In this document: positions 18,821 to 28,774 of the stretch, in pieces
Layout of the letters: every line of letters starts with the position of its first letter
Position numbering within the stretch: position 1 is the stretch's first letter
DNA from: Chitinophagales bacterium
GTDB lineage: Bacteria > Bacteroidota > Bacteroidia > Chitinophagales > LD1
DNA: 64,000 nucleotides
NCBI GenBank assembly: GCA_039811145.1
Contig: JBDHYB010000013.1
Location: 749 to 64,748, forward strand
Direction of reading: 5' to 3'
Notes under the pieces: generated by a model
Database searches by the model: none
Seen by the model: only the letters and a program-made list of their open reading frames with translations
Told to the model about the DNA's origin: nothing
Program-made: the position numbers and the translations under genes

Positions 18821-20002
18821 ATGAAACTTACTTTTCCGCCAAACTTTATATTCGGAACATCTACTGCAGCCTACCAAATTGAAACAGCAGTTGATCATGA
18901 CTGGCAAGGCCATAAGTCAAAAGACGGTTATGTGTTTGAACGCACCAGCGACCACGAGTTGCGTTTTGCTGAAGATGCTGCCATAATTGCGTACTGCGGG
19001 GGTATGTATCGTATGAGCTTACAGTGGAGCAAGCTACAGCGTGCGCCCTTTGCGGAATTTGAGAAGGCTGTTGTGAATGAATACCGAAACTTTTTGGATG
19101 ACCTTAAAGCAAGAGGGGTTAAGATTATGATGGTGCTGCATCACTTTACCAATCCTAAGTGGTTTGCGGCAAAAGGAGGATGGGAGCGAAGTGAGAATAT
19201 TACAATGTGGGTAGACTTTTGTAAGAAGACAGAGCAGGAGTTTGGTGATTATGTTACTTACTGGAATACGTTTAACGAACCTAACGTGTATGTTAGTAAT
19301 GGGTGGGTGCTGGGGGAGTTTCCTCCATATAAAAACAATTTGCTAAAGGCGTTTACCGTTATAGCTAACCTTGGTAAAGCGCACCATATAGTTTACGATT
19401 ATTTAAAGGAAAAAAGGCGGGATCAACCTATAGGCATAAGCCATAACTGCGTTGCCTTTACTGCTGAAAACTGGTTGGGTGTGCTGCCTGCTAAAATCAG
19501 CGACTGGTGGTTTATGGATTATACCCTGGCAAAGTTTGCTGATAAGCTTGATTTTTTCGGGCTCAGTTATTACGCACGCATTTCGCACGACCCACTGCCT
19601 ATAACTTACCTGGATACACCTGAGAAGTTTGCCAAATACAATAAACCACACGATGGCATGTGGGAATACTACCCGCAAGGCATGAAGGAGAGTATTGAAC
19701 GCTATTGGAAGAAATATAAACTGCCCGTTTTTATAACCGAAAGCGGCATTTGCGCCAACGATGATAAGCAGCGTGTAGCCGCCATGAAGGATTATGTGAA
19801 GATAATACATGACTGCCTTGCATCAGGTATACCCATGCTTGGTTATTTGTGGTGGAGTACGTTTGATAATTTTGAGTGGAACCTTGGGCCAACTTTCCGT
19901 TTTGGATTGTACGAAACAGACTTAACCACTAAGGATAGAATCAAAAGGCCCAGCGCTGATGTGTTTCATCACCTGGCCTACAACAAAGAAATAGAAGTTT
20001 AA
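18821..20002 (+). CDS. glycoside hydrolase family 1 (beta-glucosidase-like, short form)
   Basis: Has the acid/base motif TFNEPNV and the nucleophile motif FITESGI, plus a WSTFDNFEW tail. It starts 1 nt after the hydrolase stop. Confidence 0.88.
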   Translation: MKLTFPPNFIFGTSTAAYQIETAVDHDWQGHKSKDGYVFERTSDHELRFAEDAAIIAYCGGMYRMSLQWSKLQRAPFAEFEKAVVNEYRNFLDDLKARGVKIMMVLHHFTNPKWFAAKGGWERSENITMWVDFCKKTEQEFGDYVTYWNTFNEPNVYVSNGWVLGEFPPYKNNLLKAFTVIANLGKAHHIVYDYLKEKRRDQPIGISHNCVAFTAENWLGVLPAKISDWWFMDYTLAKFADKLDFFGLSYYARISHDPLPITYLDTPEKFAKYNKPHDGMWEYYPQGMKESIERYWKKYKLPVFITESGICANDDKQRVAAMKDYVKIIHDCLASGIPMLGYLWWSTFDNFEWNLGPTFRFGLYETDLTTKDRIKRPSADVFHHLAYNKEIEV

Positions 20003-21063
20003 TAGCCGCGCTTTTTTTGCTGTAACTGGCGCGTAAATTCTTCGCAATCTTTATTGCCGGGGTCGGCAATGCCGTAAATAGCCAATATTTTTTCGGCTTC
20101 CTCCAAACGGTTTTGCGAAAGCAGGTTTTTACTGAAGGAATAACAGGCCAGGGATACATAGCCCAGCAGCCTGTCGGCCTTGGGGTCTTTAGCCGCGCTC
20201 TTTTTCAACGAGGCTACTTTTTGTTTCCACCATTCGGCATCCTTTGTTCCAAGGCATGTAATCAAATCGTTCTTCTCGGCGTCTTCCTGTTTTAGGGCGG
20301 TAATTTGCGCCGTAGTAATCTGCTTTAGTTTAGCTGCAGGTATTTTGTCGGGTTCTAAAAAGGCATTGGCAAACACTGCGGCATCGGGCCACTCATGCTT
20401 GCCGTTCCATTCAACCAGGTAGTGCGCGTAAGGGCTGCCCTGTAACATTTGGTGCAACTGCAATACATTGGAGTAGTTCATATCATGCGTACCCGCAATA
20501 CCTAAAAATGTAAGCGGGTGTTTTAGCCCTTCAAGGTTGGCGCTTTGCCCACAGTAAACCACGTGCGTAACATTACCAATAGTAATTGCTGCCTTTATAG
20601 CTGCAACAGCGCCACCACTAAAGCCGGCAAAGCAAATGTGTTCCTTTTTAATGTGGTAAGTGCTTTGAAGTGCAATTAACAAATGTGCAGCAATGGCATT
20701 TACGGCCTGTATATCCATACCGTTTTTAGAGTTGTTGGAACCGGCCAGTATAAAGTGGTATTTATCAGCCAGTGCTTTATACTTTTCAATAGGCACCGTT
20801 CCATCACCATGGGGGTCGAAAAACACTATCAACGGAAAGTTAGCTGTGTCAATAAACCCCACAGGTAGGTACAGGGCATAGCTTTCAGCCGGGAAATCTT
20901 TTACCGGCACGCTGGCCATTACTTTGCCTTGTTCAACAACAGGTGCTATTGCAGTTTTTGGCTGCGGCTCAATGTTTTGGGCAACAGTTACAGGCGGGGT
21001 AGAAGGGGAGGAACAGGAAATGAGGAAAATAAGAGGTAAAAGGGCGCTGAACAGGATATTCAT
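19999..21063 (-). CDS. lipoprotein with an esterase-like alpha/beta hydrolase fold and a helical C-terminal region
   Basis: Has a lipobox (LISCSS) and a GFSGGA nucleophile elbow. The helical tail is EEAEKILAIYG. Confidence 0.6.
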   Translation of the reverse strand: MNILFSALLPLIFLISCSSPSTPPVTVAQNIEPQPKTAIAPVVEQGKVMASVPVKDFPAESYALYLPVGFIDTANFPLIVFFDPHGDGTVPIEKYKALADKYHFILAGSNNSKNGMDIQAVNAIAAHLLIALQSTYHIKKEHICFAGFSGGAVAAIKAAITIGNVTHVVYCGQSANLEGLKHPLTFLGIAGTHDMNYSNVLQLHQMLQGSPYAHYLVEWNGKHEWPDAAVFANAFLEPDKIPAAKLKQITTAQITALKQEDAEKNDLITCLGTKDAEWWKQKVASLKKSAAKDPKADRLLGYVSLACYSFSKNLLSQNRLEEAEKILAIYGIADPGNKDCEEFTRQLQQKKRGY

Positions 21064-21072
21064 GACCCAACA

Positions 21073-21474
21073 TTAGCGGAAAATTTTAAGAATGCCGCTG
21101 CTCATAAAGGTGTTATCGTGTTCGGCATCAAAGGCCCGCACTTTGTAGGCGCCGGGGTCGTAAAAAATCACATCTACCCAGGCATAATTCCAACCCTTGT
21201 TAATAGGTTGCTGTATATCTTTCAGGTAAATTTCGCTGCCATCAGGCTGCACGCTATAGAGTTTATAAAGGATATTAGAGGTATTCAGGCTATCAGCTGT
21301 TTCAACCAAAAAAGCAATGGTTCCACCCTCGGCGCTAACGTTAAATTCGTTAGAAGGGCTAATGCAGCGGCCGCCCTCTTTTACCTCCACGCAAAACTTA
21401 AGAGTAGTTTGTGCATAGCAAAATGCTGAAAATGAGGCAAAAACAAGCAGGAGTAGGGGCCGGATAGGATTCAT
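21073..21474 (-). CDS. hypothetical secreted protein (133 aa)
   Basis: Has a signal peptide (LLLLVFASFSAFCYAQ) followed by beta-rich sequence. It lies 9 nt upstream of the esterase-like gene on the same strand. Confidence 0.6.
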   Translation of the reverse strand: MNPIRPLLLLVFASFSAFCYAQTTLKFCVEVKEGGRCISPSNEFNVSAEGGTIAFLVETADSLNTSNILYKLYSVQPDGSEIYLKDIQQPINKGWNYAWVDVIFYDPGAYKVRAFDAEHDNTFMSSGILKIFR

Positions 21475-21581
21475 GCGTTGTTAAAGATACCGTTTAAGTC
21501 ATCACTTGTCAAATACAGGGCCAAAAGAATTGGCTGTTTACGCATAAATGGCTATTTATGCCTCTATATTAAATAATTGTA

Positions 21582-22694
21582 ATGGCGACTAAAAAGAAGA
21601 ATGCGCTAAAAAAATCAAGCATTTTAACCGAAGAAGACAGAGCTTTTTTCCAATCTTACATCAACAATCCTTCCCCCACAGGATTTGAAGCAGAAGGCCA
21701 GAAGCTGTGGTTAGCATACCTTAAACCTGCTATTGATAAATATGAAGTAGATAACTACGGAACCGTTTTCGGGATAATTAACCCGGAGGCTAAGTTCAAA
21801 GTGGCTATCGAAGCTCATGCCGATGAGATTTCATGGTTCGTTTCTTATATAAATGAAAGTGGCTTAATATACGTAAAGCGCAACGGCGGCAGCGATCACC
21901 AGATTGCGCCATCAAAGCGCGTTTGGATTCATACTCGCGATGGAAAAAAGATACCGGCCGTTTTCGGATGGCCTGCTATACATACCCGTAAGGACGGCAA
22001 GGAGCAAACCCCGCAGGTAACCAATATATTTTTGGATTGCGGCTGCACCACCAAAAAGGAAGTGGAAGATTTAGGGGTGCACGTTGGCTGCGTTATTACT
22101 TACCAGGACGAGTTTTTTGTGCTTAACGACCGCTACTTCGGCGGCCGCGCCCTTGATAACCGTGCCGGTGGCTTTATTATAGCTAAGGTAGCCCGCATGC
22201 TTAAGGAAAACAAGAAGAAATTACCTTTTGCTTTATACATTGTAAATAGTGTTCAGGAAGAAGTTGGCCTGCGTGGCGCTGAGATGGCTGCACACACCAT
22301 CCACCCGGATTGTGCTATTATAACCGACGTTTGCCACGATACTACTACGCCAATGATTGACAAGATGGTAGAGGGCGACTATGCTGCGGGAAAAGGCCCT
22401 GTGTTAACAGTAGGCCCTGCGGTACACAACAAACTGCTGGACTTTATCATTCAAACTGCTGATAACAACAAGATACCTTACCAGATTGATGCGGCTTCGC
22501 GTTCAACAGGTACAGATACTGATGCTTTTGCTTACTCGCGCGGTGGAGTGCCATCAGCGCTCATTTCATTGCCGTTGCGCTATATGCATACTACGGTTGA
22601 GATGGTTTCTATTGACGATGTAGAGAATGTAGTGCGCCTTATTTACCAGAGCCTGCTGAATCTTACTCCTAAGTTCAACTTCAAATACCTGTAG
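21582..22694 (+). CDS. M42 family metallopeptidase (aminopeptidase/endoglucanase-like)
   Basis: 370 aa with the metal-ligand contexts EAHADEI, GRALDNRAG and SVQEEVGLRGA. Confidence 0.85.
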   Translation: MATKKKNALKKSSILTEEDRAFFQSYINNPSPTGFEAEGQKLWLAYLKPAIDKYEVDNYGTVFGIINPEAKFKVAIEAHADEISWFVSYINESGLIYVKRNGGSDHQIAPSKRVWIHTRDGKKIPAVFGWPAIHTRKDGKEQTPQVTNIFLDCGCTTKKEVEDLGVHVGCVITYQDEFFVLNDRYFGGRALDNRAGGFIIAKVARMLKENKKKLPFALYIVNSVQEEVGLRGAEMAAHTIHPDCAIITDVCHDTTTPMIDKMVEGDYAAGKGPVLTVGPAVHNKLLDFIIQTADNNKIPYQIDAASRSTGTDTDAFAYSRGGVPSALISLPLRYMHTTVEMVSIDDVENVVRLIYQSLLNLTPKFNFKYL

Positions 22695-22698
22695 TAGT

Positions 22699-23046
22699 TT
22701 AGGTTAACTCAGGCAGGGAAGTTCCTTTTTCATAAACATGAAAGTGCATGCCGTAGGGGTCTGTAAACATGATGCTACCCGGTGAATACTCCTCACGTAC
22801 GGTGCAGCCTTTTTCCTCCAACAAGCGTCGTGCCTCCTTCATATCATCTACCTCATATTCAAAAAAGGTGGCGTAAGCCTGGTTAGCAGCGTCGGCAATG
22901 AAGTAAAATCTATCGCCCTTTTTAAACTTAGATTCAACCGGTGTATATTTAATCAATTCCCACCCCAGCACATCCCGGTAAAAGGAAATAGAGTTTTCGT
23001 AATCTTTTACGTTTATGGCAATATGGTCGCTTGGTCTGAATTCCAT
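22699..23046 (-). CDS. VOC (glyoxalase/bleomycin resistance) family protein
   Basis: 115 aa. The HIAINVKDYENSISFYRDVLGW opening is typical of the VOC fold. Confidence 0.8.
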   Translation of the reverse strand: MEFRPSDHIAINVKDYENSISFYRDVLGWELIKYTPVESKFKKGDRFYFIADAANQAYATFFEYEVDDMKEARRLLEEKGCTVREEYSPGSIMFTDPYGMHFHVYEKGTSLPELT

Positions 23047-23098
23047 GGTGTCTGTATATATTCAATACGCTGTAGCACTACATTATAAGATGGAAGTT

Positions 23099-23130
23099 AA
23101 AAAATAAAGGCCCAACTTTCGTTGAGCCTT
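23099..23130 (-). terminator. rho-independent terminator downstream of fldA
   Basis: The minus strand reads AAGGCTCAAC-gaaa-GTTGGGCCTT followed by TATTTTTT, about 100 nt after the fldA stop. Confidence 0.55.
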
Positions 23131-23231
23131 CTTGAAAATCAATCTTTCGATCGCATTTCTATATCTATTACGCTGGTATCTTTCATCTATTGTGCCGTTC
23201 GGCAAAAAATTAACAAAAGAGATTTCGAAGA

Positions 23232-23753
23232 CTATAGGCCAAATTCACCAAGTACCTGCGGCACCCACTTTTGCAGGCGTTCTTCGGTAAGTTCATCCTG
23301 GTTATCTACATCCAGCGCAAGGCCTAAAAAATGATCTCCACGCTGCGCCTTGCTGTAATCATGTTCGTAGCCGGCAACAGGCCACAAACCGTAAAGTTTA
23401 CCGTTATTCTTCTCTACTATTTCGGCAAAAACCAGTAAAGCATCAATAAAGTAGGAGGCATAACCGTATTGGTCGCCAAGGCCAAAAAAGGCAACCTTCT
23501 TTTTGCTGAAATCTATCTTTTGCATTTCAGCAATGTACGATTCCCAATCGCCCTGCAGTTCGCCATCATACCAGGTAGGCATGCCAAGGATAAGTGTATC
23601 GTACTTATCCATGTCTTCGGCTTTCTTCTTGTATATTTCTAAAACATCTACTGTGCCTTCGCCCAGTTTTGCGTCTATTAGCTCTTTAATCCTTTTTGAA
23701 ATCCTCTCGGTGTTGCCTGTATCGGTTCCGTAGAACAAGCCGATTTTTGCCAT
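23232..23753 (-). CDS. fldA: long-chain flavodoxin
   Basis: 173 aa with the FMN-binding loop GLFYGTDTGNTE. Confidence 0.9.
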   Translation of the reverse strand: MAKIGLFYGTDTGNTERISKRIKELIDAKLGEGTVDVLEIYKKKAEDMDKYDTLILGMPTWYDGELQGDWESYIAEMQKIDFSKKKVAFFGLGDQYGYASYFIDALLVFAEIVEKNNGKLYGLWPVAGYEHDYSKAQRGDHFLGLALDVDNQDELTEERLQKWVPQVLGEFGL

Positions 23754-23755
23754 AG

Positions 23756-25513
23756 TTATTTTGTCTTTTCAGTTGTCACTCTAATCTTCTTCTTGTGTTT
23801 TCCGGGCTTATCTAACTCAGGGGTTTTGTTTTCTTCCTTGCTTACTTTTTTAAGCACGTCAAATTTAGAAGGGGTTGTTATAACTTCAAGCGCTTTGGCA
23901 TAAACATCATTGGTAAGTGCATTCATAACGCGGTAAAGCATACCGGCATCAAACAGGTTACGGCCTATAGTAGCCTTTAAACGGGCTTTTATCAGTTTTT
24001 CGCTCTTGGCAAATTCGCGCTCAAAGTTGGAGGTAGAGTCATTTTTAACTGCACCAAAGAACTGCCAGAAAGTTTTAGGGTTCATGCCATCCTTTAACTT
24101 AATAGCGCTATCCGTAACGGCAGCCTTAAAGTATTCGCCCAGTAAAGTGGTATCAGCTTCAAAATTGTTGAAGAAGGCATCGGCTGAAGGATACTTTTTA
24201 TTCAACTCAGCACGGTTGCGGTCCACATACTCCAGGCAAAATTTATTTTCAACACCTCGGCGTACCAACTGGTTAAGCAGGTTGCTGTTTTCGCTGGTGT
24301 CAATAGGTACAAAAAAGTCGGGCTTAACGCCACCGCCGCCAAACACGGTGCGGCCATTGGTAGTGTGATACAGCAGGCTATCAGCATACTTAAAGGTATC
24401 TACACCAAAAAGTTCTCCGCTTTCGAGGCGCTCCTTGTAGTCCTCGCGGTATTCTTTGTTGCCCTGTCCGTAGGGCTTTTGAATACAGCGGCCACTAGGG
24501 GTGTAGTAATGGGCTGTAGTAAGTTTTAGTTGCGAGCCATCAGTTAAAGTAAACGGCTTTTGCACCAGGCCTTTGCCGAAAGTGCGGCGGCCAACTAAAA
24601 GGCCGCGGTCGTTATCCTGTATACAGCCTGAGAAGATTTCAGCCGCAGAGGCAGAGCCTTCATCGCACATAACCACTAAGCGGCCTTCCTGGTAAACACC
24701 CTTGCCATCCGAAAAGTAAGGCTGGTAAGGGGCGTGCAGGCCCTGGGTGTAAACAATCATCTCCTTTTCACCCAAAAACTGGTTACAAAGGTCTACTGCG
24801 GTGTACAGGTAACCACCTACGTTACCCTGCATATCAAATATCAGGTCTTTCATGCCCTGTTCCTTCAACTTGGCAAGGGCGGTGTAAAATTCCGCCATAG
24901 TAGTGGCCGAAAAACGCTCAAGGCGGATATAACCCACACCGGGTGCAGCCATGTAGGATGCCGTAATACTGTATAAAGGAATTTTATCGCGCGTAATATT
25001 AAAGTGTAGCAGGTCCTTCTCGCCGCGGCGCATAACCTCCAGGTGTACTTTGGTGCCTTTAGGCCCACGAAGCTTCTTAATCACTCCGTCATTATCAATC
25101 TTAATACCGGCTACTGTGGTGTCGTTAACTTTTACAATTTTATCGCCGGCCATAAGGCCCACCTTTTCCGACGGGCCACCGGGTATAACTTCCAACGCAA
25201 TAATGGTATCGCGCAAAATCTGGAAGGTAATACCAATGCCTTCAAAGTTGCCTACCAGGCCCTCTTCGCTGCGCTTTACGTCCTTAGCCGGTACGTAGCT
25301 GCTGTGCGGGTCAAGGTCTTCCAGCACTTTGGCAATAGCGTCTTCAACAAGCTTTTCCTCGTTGGCAGTGTCAGTATAATAGTTGCGGATGAGGTTGAGT
25401 ACTTCGCCAAACTTGTCGCTTTGTTCGTACTTCTTCTTCTCGGTGCCTTGCTGGGCCATTGCCGTAAGCGTAAACAGGCAGGCAGCAGCAATCAAAAACA
25501 AATGTTTCTTCAT
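23756..25513 (-). CDS. S41 family C-terminal processing peptidase with a PDZ domain
   Basis: 585 aa with a signal peptide, a PDZ domain (GPSEKVGLMAGDKIVKVN) and a catalytic region (GSASAAEIF, RTFGKGLVQ). Confidence 0.9.
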   Translation of the reverse strand: MKKHLFLIAAACLFTLTAMAQQGTEKKKYEQSDKFGEVLNLIRNYYTDTANEEKLVEDAIAKVLEDLDPHSSYVPAKDVKRSEEGLVGNFEGIGITFQILRDTIIALEVIPGGPSEKVGLMAGDKIVKVNDTTVAGIKIDNDGVIKKLRGPKGTKVHLEVMRRGEKDLLHFNITRDKIPLYSITASYMAAPGVGYIRLERFSATTMAEFYTALAKLKEQGMKDLIFDMQGNVGGYLYTAVDLCNQFLGEKEMIVYTQGLHAPYQPYFSDGKGVYQEGRLVVMCDEGSASAAEIFSGCIQDNDRGLLVGRRTFGKGLVQKPFTLTDGSQLKLTTAHYYTPSGRCIQKPYGQGNKEYREDYKERLESGELFGVDTFKYADSLLYHTTNGRTVFGGGGVKPDFFVPIDTSENSNLLNQLVRRGVENKFCLEYVDRNRAELNKKYPSADAFFNNFEADTTLLGEYFKAAVTDSAIKLKDGMNPKTFWQFFGAVKNDSTSNFEREFAKSEKLIKARLKATIGRNLFDAGMLYRVMNALTNDVYAKALEVITTPSKFDVLKKVSKEENKTPELDKPGKHKKKIRVTTEKTK

Positions 25514-25802
25514 CGTATCTTTAATATGGTTTGAAAGAATGATGGAATTTGCCGGTTTTTACATACGCAATTAGATTCGCAAATTCTGGCCTATCCCTTC
25601 AAAGCAAGAACGAAAATAGCAAAATACAGTTGGCGCATTAGTTCCTCTTAACGCATTGTAACAACTGCCTTATGCGGCTTTAAAAGTCCTGTTTTACAAT
25701 ACGTTTGGTTTAGGGCTTAGTTTCAGCAGGGTATTTTACTAAGTTGTTGAAAGATGAGCGGATTTCACTTTTATTTGGCAAAAAATAAGAAGATCATACG
25801 TA

Positions 25803-28718
25803 ATGGAATACCGGTTTAATGAAATAGAGGAGAAGTGGAAGAAAATTTGGGAAGAAAAGGGCTTGTATAAGGTAACAGAAGACCCTGCCAACCCCAAGTA
25901 TTATGTGTTGGATATGTTTCCGTACCCAAGTGGCGCGGGACTGCATGTTGGCCACCCGCTGGGCTATGTAGCAAGCGATATTTATGCCCGTTACAAACGC
26001 CTTAAAGGGTTTAATGTGTTACACCCCATGGGTTACGATGCCTTTGGTTTACCGGCAGAACAATACGCTATTGAAACAGGAACGCACCCGGCAATAACTA
26101 CCGATACCGCCATTAAGCGCTACCGCGAGCAGTTAGATAAAATAGGCTTTAGCTTTGACTGGAGCCGCCAGGTTAAAACCTGCGAGCCTGCTTATTACAA
26201 ATGGACGCAGTGGATTTTCCTGAAGCTGTTTAATAGCTGGTACAACCGCGAGGCAGATAAAGCGGAGAGCATCGAAAGCTTAATAAGCCGTTTTGAAAAA
26301 GAAGGTTGCGCGGCAGGTTCGCCTTTAGAGCGGGTTGGTGCTAAAACTTTTACTTCAACGGAATGGAAAGCCTTTTCAGAAGGCGATAAGCAGCAGGTAT
26401 TAATGTGTTACCGCCTGGCGTACTTAAGCTATGCTGAAGTAAATTGGTGCGAAGCGCTGGGCACCGTATTAGCAAATGATGAGGTGAAGGACGGTAAAAG
26501 CGAGCGCGGCGGCCACCCGGTGGAGCGCCGTAAAATGCGCCAATGGTTTTTGCGCATTACGGAGTATAGCGACCGCCTGCTGGATGCGCTTGATAAACTG
26601 GATTGGCCGGAAGCCATGAAGGAAATGCAGCGCAACTGGATTGGTAGAAGCGAAGGAGCAAGCGTAAACTTCAAACTTGAAACTTCAAATGCTCAACTTG
26701 AGGTATTTACCACCCGCCCCGATACTATTTTCGGCGCTACCTTTATGGTAATTGCGCCGGAGCATGAATTAGTGGAGCAACTTACTACCGCTGAGCAAAA
26801 AGCGGAAATAGAAAAATACATTGCTTACGTTAAGAGCCGCAGCGATGTGGAGCGCCAACAGGAGAAAAAAGTAACCGGTGCGTTTACAGGCAGCTGTGCT
26901 ATTAATCCGTTTACACAACAGCCTATACCTATATGGATTGCTGAATACGTTTTGGCGGGCTATGGCACCGGCGCTATTATGGCCGTGCCTGCGGATGATG
27001 AACGCGACCGCAAGTTTGCCGAGAAATTTGGTTTGCCTATAGTGGATATTATTGACAAAAGCATGCACCCCGGCGCTACCATTGAAGATAAGGTTGGCAA
27101 AATGATTAACAGCGGCTTTTTAAATGGCATGGAAGTGAAGGATGCCATTAAAGCGGTGATTGATGAACTAGAGAAACGCGGAATTGGTAAGCGCAAGGTA
27201 AACTATAAGCAGCGCGATGCAGGATATAGCCGCCAGCGTTACTGGGGTGAGCCATTCCCTATAAAGTATAAGGTACAGGGCGAGCCCGATCCTCCTTTTG
27301 CAGGCGGCGAAAATGATGATATACCTATGGCTTTAAGCGAAAACGATTTGCCTTTGGTATTGCCCGAAGTAAGCAGTTACAAGCCCGGTGGCGATGGCCG
27401 CTCGCCTTTGGCAAACAATGCCGATTGGGTAAAAGCAGGTTACGAAACCGACACCATGCCGGGGTATGCAGGCAGCAGTTGGTACTTCCTGCGTTATATG
27501 GATGCCAATAACCCCGATGAGTTTGCTGCTAAAGACAAAATAAACTACTGGAAAAATGTTGACATCTACTTTGGCGGAGCGGAACATGCCGTTGGTCATT
27601 TGTTGTATAGCCGCATGTGGCACAAGTTCCTTTTTGATTTAGGTTATGTGCCAACGGATGAGCCTTTTCAAAAGTTAGTGAATCAGGGGATGATACAGGG
27701 GGTATCTAAGTTCGCTTACTATTTGGTGAATACGCGGCAATTCGTTTCGCTAAATATTTTTAAATCTTTAATGCAATATCCTGAAAAGAAGGATGAGTTA
27801 AAAAATAATAAGTGGGGAATCAACTTTGAAAAGCTTTGGAATGAGAATCTTTATAAAGGCGATATTAAAGAGTATCAAAATACAATTGTTATTCAGGATC
27901 CTCATGTTTTGATAGATCTAGTAGGTTCTGAGGGAGAATTGGATGTTGCGGGCTTTAAAAAATGGCGTCCGATTTATTCGAACGCTGGATTCGATTTGTT
28001 AGAGGAAGGGAAATATTATTGTGGCTCAGCAGTTGAAAAAATGTCCAAGTCCAAATACAACGTTGTTAACCCCGACGATGTAATTGAAAAGCATGGGGCT
28101 GATTGTTTCCGCATGTTTGAAATGTTTTTGGGCCCTATTGAGCAAAGCAAGCCCTGGGACGATAAAGGTATTAGCGGTGTAAGCAACTTCCTGCGCAAAT
28201 TCTGGCGCTTGTTTTATGACGACAGCAGGTTTAAAGTAGTTGACGAGGCCCCTACCGAGGCAGAATTGAAAGTGTTGCACAAGCACATAAAGAAGGTAAC
28301 AGAAGATATTGAAAAGCTGAGCTACAATACCTGCGTTAGTTCCTTTATGATTGCCACAAACGAGTTAAACGCTTTAAACAGCAGCAAGCGCGCTATACTG
28401 CAGCCGCTGCTAGTTACCCTGGCACCTTTTGCTCCGTTTATTACGGAAGAATTGTGGGCAGCCTTAGGCAATAAGGAAAGTATTCATACCGCTGCCTTCC
28501 CTGTATTTGAACAAAAATACCTGGTAGAAATCAGCCATGACTACGGCGTAAGTATTAACGGTAAAGTGCGTGCGCAAATAACGTTGCCTTTGGATATTAG
28601 TGAGGAAGACGCAAAGGCGCAGGTATTGGCTTTGGAAAACGTTATGAAGTGGACCAATGGCAACCCACCCAAGAAGTTCATTTTTGTGCGTGGGCGGATA
28701 ATAAATGTTGTTGTATAA
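25803..28718 (+). CDS. leuS: leucine--tRNA ligase
   Basis: 971 aa with the HVGH (HIGH-type) and KMSKS motifs and a CP1 editing domain. Confidence 0.97.
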   Translation: MEYRFNEIEEKWKKIWEEKGLYKVTEDPANPKYYVLDMFPYPSGAGLHVGHPLGYVASDIYARYKRLKGFNVLHPMGYDAFGLPAEQYAIETGTHPAITTDTAIKRYREQLDKIGFSFDWSRQVKTCEPAYYKWTQWIFLKLFNSWYNREADKAESIESLISRFEKEGCAAGSPLERVGAKTFTSTEWKAFSEGDKQQVLMCYRLAYLSYAEVNWCEALGTVLANDEVKDGKSERGGHPVERRKMRQWFLRITEYSDRLLDALDKLDWPEAMKEMQRNWIGRSEGASVNFKLETSNAQLEVFTTRPDTIFGATFMVIAPEHELVEQLTTAEQKAEIEKYIAYVKSRSDVERQQEKKVTGAFTGSCAINPFTQQPIPIWIAEYVLAGYGTGAIMAVPADDERDRKFAEKFGLPIVDIIDKSMHPGATIEDKVGKMINSGFLNGMEVKDAIKAVIDELEKRGIGKRKVNYKQRDAGYSRQRYWGEPFPIKYKVQGEPDPPFAGGENDDIPMALSENDLPLVLPEVSSYKPGGDGRSPLANNADWVKAGYETDTMPGYAGSSWYFLRYMDANNPDEFAAKDKINYWKNVDIYFGGAEHAVGHLLYSRMWHKFLFDLGYVPTDEPFQKLVNQGMIQGVSKFAYYLVNTRQFVSLNIFKSLMQYPEKKDELKNNKWGINFEKLWNENLYKGDIKEYQNTIVIQDPHVLIDLVGSEGELDVAGFKKWRPIYSNAGFDLLEEGKYYCGSAVEKMSKSKYNVVNPDDVIEKHGADCFRMFEMFLGPIEQSKPWDDKGISGVSNFLRKFWRLFYDDSRFKVVDEAPTEAELKVLHKHIKKVTEDIEKLSYNTCVSSFMIATNELNALNSSKRAILQPLLVTLAPFAPFITEELWAALGNKESIHTAAFPVFEQKYLVEISHDYGVSINGKVRAQITLPLDISEEDAKAQVLALENVMKWTNGNPPKKFIFVRGRIINVVV

Positions 28719-28774
28719 TCTTTAACATTTATCTATGTTACTATGTGCCTATATGGTTTAATGATTAAAGGGTT

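Noticed and set aside
21542-21561. Perfect 8-bp palindrome GCATAAAT-ggct-ATTTATGC upstream of the M42 gene (also TGGCAATTGCCA at 50669-50680)
   Set aside because: Palindromes of this size are expected by chance a few times in 64 kb of AT-rich intergenic DNA. There are no second copies and no cognate regulator nearby.
25043-25534. 163-aa plus-strand ORF antisense to the S41 peptidase gene (also 24006-24368)
   Set aside because: It is wholly embedded in a strongly supported gene and has no recognisable motifs. It is a typical shadow ORF.
25514-25802. 289-bp spacer upstream of leuS, checked for a tRNA, T-box or leader peptide
   Set aside because: I found no cloverleaf-compatible sequence, no specifier or T-box motifs and no convincing conserved structure. 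It is most likely just divergent promoters.
27768-27899. The leuS internal AT-rich insert, considered as an intein or mobile insertion
   Set aside because: It is only about 44 codons, in frame, with no intein splice motifs (Cys/Ser...His-Asn-Cys) and no terminal repeats. It is treated as a domain expansion.
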